Source: Terriglobia bacterium
Lineage (GTDB): Bacteria > Acidobacteriota > Terriglobia > Bryobacterales > Bryobacteraceae
DNA length: 64,000 nt
Direction of reading: 5' to 3'
NCBI GenBank assembly: GCA_963788245.1
Contig: CAWBGF010000001.1
Span: 184,470-248,469 of the forward strand
The notes below the pieces were generated by a model. It saw nothing but the letters and a program-made list of their open reading frames with translations, was not told where the DNA came from and searched no databases. This document shows positions 58,676 to 64,000 of this stretch, piece after piece (position 1 is the first letter of the stretch; the number at the start of each line of letters is the position of its first letter). The translations under genes were made by a program, and so were the position numbers.

Positions 58676-60061
58676 GTGAAGACCTTCTATATCGAGACCT
58701 TCGGGTGTCAGATGAACGCCCACGACTCCGAAAAGGTCATCGGGACGCTGATCGGGCAAGGCTACGCGCAGGTCGCGACACCGGACGAAGCCGAACTGCT
58801 CCTCTACAACACCTGTAGCATTCGCGATAAGGCCGAGCAAAAGGTGTTTCATCGCCTCGACCAGTTCAAGCGAGGGAGCAAAGGCAAGACCATCGCGGTG
58901 CTGGGATGCGTCGCGCAGCAGGAAGGCGAGAAGATTTTCGAAAAGGCGCCGCACGTCAGCCTGGTGTGCGGATCGGCCAGCTATAACAAGCTGGGCGACA
59001 TGCTGGTGCAACTGGAAGCCGGCAACCGGCGCGTCACCGGGCTCCGTCTCGACACCGACCAAACTTTCGACACGCCGCTCACGCGCCGCGATAATCCGCA
59101 TCGCGCCTACATCACCATCATCGAAGGCTGCGACAAATCCTGCGCCTATTGCGTGGTGCCGTTCACGCGTGGCCCGGAGCGAAGCCGGACCAGCGCGTCC
59201 GTGATTCGCGAGGCGGGGGAAATCGCCGCCGCGGGATTCACCGAAATCCAGTTGCTCGGCCAGAACGTCAACAGCTATCGCGATCCGTCGCCGGCAGGTT
59301 GGGATTTCGCCACTCTGCTGGATCAAGTGGGGCGAGTGCCGGGCATCCGGCGCGTCCGCTTTACCACCTCGCATCCGCGCGATTTCGTCAAACCGATCGT
59401 GGACGCAATCGACGGCAATGAAGCTTTGTGCAATCATGTGCATCTGCCGGTGCAATCCGGATCGACTCGAGTGCTCGAAGCCATGCAGCGCCTGTACACC
59501 CGCGACGAATACATGCGCCGCATCGATTGGATGAAGAGCGCGCGCCGGCCCATCGCCATCAGCACCGACATCATTGTCGGATTCCCGGGCGAAACCTGGG
59601 AGGATTTCGAGGCCACCCTCGACCTGCTGGAGCAGGTCGAATACGATTCCGTGTTCAGTTTCAAGTATTCGCGCCGGCCCAACACGGCGGCGCTGGCGCT
59701 GGAGGATCAAATTCCGGAGGAGGAGAAAACCCGGCGGCTGGCCATCGTGCAGGAGCGGCAGCGCGCCATACAAGTGAGGCGGAATGCCGCATACTTAGGA
59801 TCGGTGGAGGAATGCCTGGTGGAAGGGTTTAACAAAGCCACCGGCCAGTGGATCGGTCGTACTTCGCAGAATAAGACGTTGAATTTCCTGAAGCCGGATG
59901 CTGTGAGTCAAGGAATCGTGAATCAGGAGACGCTGGATCGGGAGACGCCCAATTACAGAACGAACCCAGCGGAGCATAATCTGCTGGGACGGTATGTTGC
60001 TGTGCGAGTAACGCGTGCGGGTCCAAACTCGCTCGCTGGTGAATACGAGCCGCGACCATAG
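58676..60061 (+). CDS. miaB: tRNA-2-methylthio-N6-dimethylallyladenosine synthase
   Basis: FYIETFGCQMN, radical-SAM CDKSCAYCVVP, and a TRAM domain. Confidence 0.95.
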   Translation: MKTFYIETFGCQMNAHDSEKVIGTLIGQGYAQVATPDEAELLLYNTCSIRDKAEQKVFHRLDQFKRGSKGKTIAVLGCVAQQEGEKIFEKAPHVSLVCGSASYNKLGDMLVQLEAGNRRVTGLRLDTDQTFDTPLTRRDNPHRAYITIIEGCDKSCAYCVVPFTRGPERSRTSASVIREAGEIAAAGFTEIQLLGQNVNSYRDPSPAGWDFATLLDQVGRVPGIRRVRFTTSHPRDFVKPIVDAIDGNEALCNHVHLPVQSGSTRVLEAMQRLYTRDEYMRRIDWMKSARRPIAISTDIIVGFPGETWEDFEATLDLLEQVEYDSVFSFKYSRRPNTAALALEDQIPEEEKTRRLAIVQERQRAIQVRRNAAYLGSVEECLVEGFNKATGQWIGRTSQNKTLNFLKPDAVSQGIVNQETLDRETPNYRTNPAEHNLLGRYVAVRVTRAGPNSLAGEYEPRP

Positions 60062-60137
60062 GGAGCGGTTAAAGGAACGGTCATGAGGCGCGACAGTATG
60101 GAGCGCTTTTGAGCCCAGTGATGAAAAAGGGGACACC

Positions 60138-60623
60138 ATGGAAGTCGAAATGAAAATCCGCGGGTTGCTGATGGATCCGGTTTCGAACCATCCCATCGTG
60201 GTGCTGAAGGACGTCAACGGCAGCGCCATTTTGCCGATCTGGGTGGGACCCTACGAAGCCCACGCAATCGCGCTGGAAATCGAAAAAGTGGCGACCCCGC
60301 GTCCCATGACTCATGACCTGATTCGCAATCTTCTCCTGGGCCTGGAAGCCGGGGTGAAGAAAGTGGTGGTCAGCGACCTGCGAGAGGACACCTTCTACGC
60401 AGTGATCTGGCTGGAGCGCAACGGCGAGTTGATTTCCGTCGACTCGCGGCCGAGCGACGCCCTGGCGATCGCACTGCGCCTGGATTGTCCCATCTTTGTC
60501 GCCGAAGCCGTGTTGAAGACCCAGAAAACCGCGCAAGCCGTGGCCGAAGTCGGCAGCACCGAAGAGCTGCGCCGATGGCTCGAGAGCCTCAATGACGAGG
60601 ATCTCGGGCGCTATAAGATGTAG
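60138..60623 (+). CDS. bifunctional nuclease (DUF151) family protein
   Basis: VVLKDVNGSAILPIWVGPYEAHAIA..RPMTHDL..FYAVIWLE..SVDSRPSDALAIALR. Confidence 0.85.
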   Translation: MEVEMKIRGLLMDPVSNHPIVVLKDVNGSAILPIWVGPYEAHAIALEIEKVATPRPMTHDLIRNLLLGLEAGVKKVVVSDLREDTFYAVIWLERNGELISVDSRPSDALAIALRLDCPIFVAEAVLKTQKTAQAVAEVGSTEELRRWLESLNDEDLGRYKM

Positions 60624-60676
60624 TTCCGCGGGAACTTTTCACCGGCAAGACCAGTATCCTTAAAAGAGGGATTTAT

Positions 60677-61669
60677 ATGCTCAAGGCGTTTATACAGCTG
60701 ACGTGTGCCAGCGTCGCGCTTACGGCGGGTTCCGTCATGGGACAGGCTCCCGCAGCTGTACCGCCTGAGACTTCGGCAACTCCGCTCGCCTTCGAGGTCG
60801 CGACCATTAAACTAGCCCGCCCGCTTCAGGAACAGGCGATGTCGGGCAAGATGCACGTCGGGGTGAATATCGATGCTGGCCGAGTCGACATCGGCGCTAT
60901 GGCGATATCGGATCTGATCAGCATCGCCTATAAAGTGAAGCCGCATCAGATCTCCGGTCCGGACTGGCTGGCTGTTGACCGGTTCGACATCGTGGCCAAG
61001 ATTCCCGACGGCGTCGATAAGGAAAAAGTGCCGGAGATGATGCAGGCGCTGCTGGCAGACCGGTTCAAGCTGACGTTCCATCGCGAGGACAAAGATCATC
61101 AGATCTATGCTCTCGTCGTTGGTAAAAATGGACCGAAGTTGAAGGAGTCTCCGCCCGATCCCGAACCTCCCAAGGAGGGCGACGCTCCGCCCAAGGAGGA
61201 AAAAGGGGTCATGATCATGAACAACGGAAATGACAGCATGCGGATAAAGCAGAGCGGCAACACCACCACCGTCAACAGCGGCGCAAACGGGACCACGAAG
61301 GTGACCATGGAAGACGGCCACATGAAGATGGAGTTGAGCAAGATGACCATGGAAGGGTTGGCAGCGGTGATCAGCCGGTTTGTGGACAAGCCGGTCATGG
61401 ACATGACCGATCTGAAGGGCAACTTCCAGATGACGCTCGATCTCAGTATGGAGGATCTTCAGAATGCCGCGCGCGCGCAAGGCATGCAGATTCCCGGTGC
61501 TTCGCCGGGAGCTGCCTCCAGCTCGCGTCCCGCGGATGCGGCATCGGACCCGTCGGGCTCCACGATGTTTTCGACAGTGCAGCAGATGGGACTCAAGCTC
61601 GAAGCGCGGAAAGCGCCCATCGAGACCATCATCATCGATCACGTGGAAAGAGCCCCGACGGAGAACTGA
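60677..61669 (+). CDS. TIGR03435-like protein with a charged internal insertion
   Basis: FEVATIK .. and C-terminal MGLKLEARKAPIETIIIDHVERAPTEN. Confidence 0.7.
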   Translation: MLKAFIQLTCASVALTAGSVMGQAPAAVPPETSATPLAFEVATIKLARPLQEQAMSGKMHVGVNIDAGRVDIGAMAISDLISIAYKVKPHQISGPDWLAVDRFDIVAKIPDGVDKEKVPEMMQALLADRFKLTFHREDKDHQIYALVVGKNGPKLKESPPDPEPPKEGDAPPKEEKGVMIMNNGNDSMRIKQSGNTTTVNSGANGTTKVTMEDGHMKMELSKMTMEGLAAVISRFVDKPVMDMTDLKGNFQMTLDLSMEDLQNAARAQGMQIPGASPGAASSSRPADAASDPSGSTMFSTVQQMGLKLEARKAPIETIIIDHVERAPTEN

Positions 61670-61685
61670 TAAGGAGCACGCTTGG

Positions 61686-61775
61686 TGGCACAGGCTTCAG
61701 CCTGTGGAAGCCGCGTTCAGTAACCTCTGATGGCACAGGCTTCAGCCTGTGGAAGCCTCGTTCAGCAACCTCTGA
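61686..61775. repeat. 2 x 45-bp tandem duplication, each unit carrying the hairpin CACAGGC-TTCA-GCCTGTG
   Basis: tggcacaggcttcagcctgtggaagccgcgttcagtaacctctga / tggcacaggcttcagcctgtggaagcctcgttcagcaacctctga. Confidence 0.9.
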
Positions 61776-61847
61776 AGCGCGCCCCGCACTCCATCCACCC
61801 GCGACAGCGATCCAGCAGGTGTCGTACCCTGGAAACTAAACCCCCAT

Positions 61848-63320
61848 ATGGCAGAATCTCCCATCACTTCGCGTAGTCAGGATTTCGCTGCGTGGTACCA
61901 GGACGTCGTGCTCCAGGGCGACATGGCGGAACCGGCCGAAATCGTCAAGGGCTGCATGGTGATCAAAGCCAACGGCTACGCCGTCTGGGAATTGCTCCAG
62001 CGTGAGTTGGACGATCGCTTCAAGGCCACCGGTCATCAGAACGTCTATTTTCCGCTGCTGATCCCACAAAGTTTTCTGCACAAGGAAGCCGAGCACGTCG
62101 AAGGATTCTCGCCTTTACTCGCCGTGGTGACCATCGCCGGCGGCAAAACGCTGGAAGAGCCGTACGTCATCCGCCCGACTTCGGAGACCATCATCGGGCA
62201 CTTTTTCGCGAAATGGATTCACAGCTATCGCGATTTGCCCATGCTGCTGAATCAATGGGCCAACATCATCCGCTGGGAGCTGCGCACGCGCATGTTCCTA
62301 CGCACCACCGAATTCCTGTGGCAGGAAGGTCATACCGCGCATTCCAGTCACGAGGAAGCCGTCGAAGAAGTGCTGCGTATGCTGGGCGTGTATGCCGATG
62401 TCGCCGAAAACGTTATGGCGATGCCCGTAATCCAAGGCATGAAGACCTACAGCGAGAAGTTCGCCGGCGCGCTTCGGACATATTCGATCGAGGCCATGAT
62501 GCAGAACGGCCTCGCGCTTCAGGCCGGCACCAGCCACGACCTGGGCCAGAATTTCGGCAAAGCCTTCAACGTGCAGTTTCAGTCGAGCGAGGGCAAGCTC
62601 GATTATGTTTGGCAGACCAGTTGGGGCACAACCACGAGGCTGATTGGCGGGCTGATCATGACCCACAGCGATGACAAGGGCTTGGTGCTGCCGCCCAAGC
62701 TCGCGCCCGTGAAAGCCGTGCTGGTGCCGATCTATCGGAAGGATGAGGAACGGTCCAGCGTGCTCGAAGCCGCGGATCGGATTGCGAAAGAAATCGGCGC
62801 GCGGCAAATCGACGGCAAACCGATCTCCGTCAAGGTCGACCTCCGCGACGGGCAATCCCCAGGCGCGAAGTTCTTCCATTGGGAACGCCGTGGCGTGCCG
62901 GTCGTGTTGGAACTCGGACCGCGCGATCTCGCGGCCAACAATATCGTGATGAAGCGGCGCGATACCGGCGTGAAGGAAGTGGTCGCGCAAAGCGAAATCG
63001 CGGCGAAGTTGCCGGGCGTGCTCGCTCAGATGCAGCTCGATCTCCACAACGCGGCCAAGCAACGTCTGCGCGACAATACGGTTCTTGCCAATTCGATTGA
63101 AGAGGTGGAATCGATTCTGTCGGATGTGACGGCGGAGAAAGGCGGTGGGAAGTTCGTGATGGCTCATCTGAAGGACGATCCCGCCTGCGACGCGCGGCTC
63201 AAGGAATTCAAGGCCACCGTGCGCAACATTCCACTCGTCGATGAGTACGACGGTCCGGGCAAGTGCATCGTCACAGGCGAGACCGTGGATCGTCGCGTGG
63301 TGATCGCCAAGTCATACTAG
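61848..63320 (+). CDS. proS: proline--tRNA ligase (archaeal/eukaryote-like class II form)
   Basis: 490 aa, full-length; WYQDVV..., class II motifs, C-terminal ..VVIAKSY. Confidence 0.95.
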   Translation: MAESPITSRSQDFAAWYQDVVLQGDMAEPAEIVKGCMVIKANGYAVWELLQRELDDRFKATGHQNVYFPLLIPQSFLHKEAEHVEGFSPLLAVVTIAGGKTLEEPYVIRPTSETIIGHFFAKWIHSYRDLPMLLNQWANIIRWELRTRMFLRTTEFLWQEGHTAHSSHEEAVEEVLRMLGVYADVAENVMAMPVIQGMKTYSEKFAGALRTYSIEAMMQNGLALQAGTSHDLGQNFGKAFNVQFQSSEGKLDYVWQTSWGTTTRLIGGLIMTHSDDKGLVLPPKLAPVKAVLVPIYRKDEERSSVLEAADRIAKEIGARQIDGKPISVKVDLRDGQSPGAKFFHWERRGVPVVLELGPRDLAANNIVMKRRDTGVKEVVAQSEIAAKLPGVLAQMQLDLHNAAKQRLRDNTVLANSIEEVESILSDVTAEKGGGKFVMAHLKDDPACDARLKEFKATVRNIPLVDEYDGPGKCIVTGETVDRRVVIAKSY

Positions 63321-63552
63321 CGGCCTCGCCCCGGACCAACGGTGGCCAGGCGCCCGTTGGGATAGGAGCATTGCCGCCAGGCACACTCGGCCTCGCGATC
63401 AGAACCGCGGCGATGTGCCGTAATAAGTCTCTTTTACATGAATCACTTCCGGGCCACGCTTGATCGGAGGCAACACCATTGGCCTCCTTCCTGCGCGCCG
63501 GATTCGGTTGAGGATTGAGAGTCTTTAAGATGAAAAGTATTCAAGAATAAGC

Positions 63553-63579
63553 TTGCATATTGACAGCTCGGTGTATAAT
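63553..63579 (+). promoter_or_regulatory. candidate sigma70-type promoter (TTGCAT-N15-TATAAT) about 190 nt upstream of the DUF3300 gene
   Basis: Read directly; a perfect TATAAT in an AT-rich patch, but the spacer is short. Confidence 0.3.
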
Positions 63580-63770
63580 TGAACGCGGTTCAAGACGCCA
63601 GTAAGATAATTCTGGTCAAACTGAAAACCGGTCTTCTCCGGCTATGGCAAGGCAAGGGAAGGCTGTGCAATGCCGAACCCCACGTCGTCATCGTGATCTG
63701 CTGACGATCACGCGCTGCTAGGGATGCGAAGTAAGTTAGGTTGGAACAGCAGAACAGAAAGGCCCGAACG

Positions 63771-64000
63771 ATGAATTCTAAGAGCACACTTTTCCTGCGT
63801 GAAGCCATGCGCCAGGTGTTGGCGATTATGCTTTCTGTGCTGCTGATTCCGGCAGCAGTGCAATTGCCTGTCTTTGCGCAACAGCCTCCGCCGGGGAACT
63901 ACATCCCTCTGAACGCGGATCAACTGGATCAACTGGTAGCCCCGATCGCTCTCGATCCGGACTCACTGGTCGCTCAAGTCTTGACGTCGGCCACCTATCC
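63771..64000 (+). CDS. DUF3300 domain protein, N-terminal part (runs off the window)
   Basis: My own translation: MNSKSTLFLREAMRQVLAIMLSVLLIPAAVQLPVFAQQPPPGNYIPLNADQLDQLVAPIALDPDSLVAQVLTSATY; LDQLVAPIAL.PDSL.AQVL is the DUF3300 signature. Confidence 0.65.
   Translation, partial: MNSKSTLFLREAMRQVLAIMLSVLLIPAAVQLPVFAQQPPPGNYIPLNADQLDQLVAPIALDPDSLVAQVLTSATY

Overview
High-GC chromosomal segment. It is most likely from an Acidobacteriota genome of the Solibacter/Bryobacter type. That is an inference from protein families first defined on Solibacter usitatus: two TIGR03435-like proteins, one TIGR03436-like VWA protein, and a TIGR03118 protein with a TIGR03437-like C-terminus. About 60 protein genes are supported, and most are housekeeping: gcvP, tsaB, accBC, uxaA, thiC, pgk, miaB, proS, nuoI, sulfite/nitrite reductase, a MoaD-MoaE fusion, two Ser/Thr kinases and a two-component system. 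I found no tRNA, rRNA or CRISPR array. Five things stand out. (1) The DNA is saturated with at least eight families of short palindromic REP-like repeats. Several occur as inverted doublets with 16-18 nt spacers (REPIN-like), and two families are inserted in frame inside coding genes (tsaB and a kinase). (2) An accessory patch at about 30.1-39.1 kb holds small stress/detox-type genes: VOC x3, DUF1801 x2, SRPBCC, ArsR and a PEP-CTERM protein. It also holds an AbiEi/AbiEii abortive-infection module with an extra divergent AbiEi-like gene. The cassettes are bracketed by three copies of a G-rich 9-10 nt satellite fused to a conserved module of about 85 bp. (3) A compact, visibly more AT-rich two-gene insertion (DUF3990-like protein plus a tightly coupled 90-aa partner) is my best candidate for an uncharacterised toxin/immunity-type system. 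(4) There are several orphan antitoxin-like genes: DUF433, an HTH_37/HigA-like gene, a truncated DUF1778 and the orphan AbiEi. (5) Two genes carry single-base frameshifts (kinase-TolB fusion, YbgC-type thioesterase). All family assignments come from motif recognition by eye; no searches were run.
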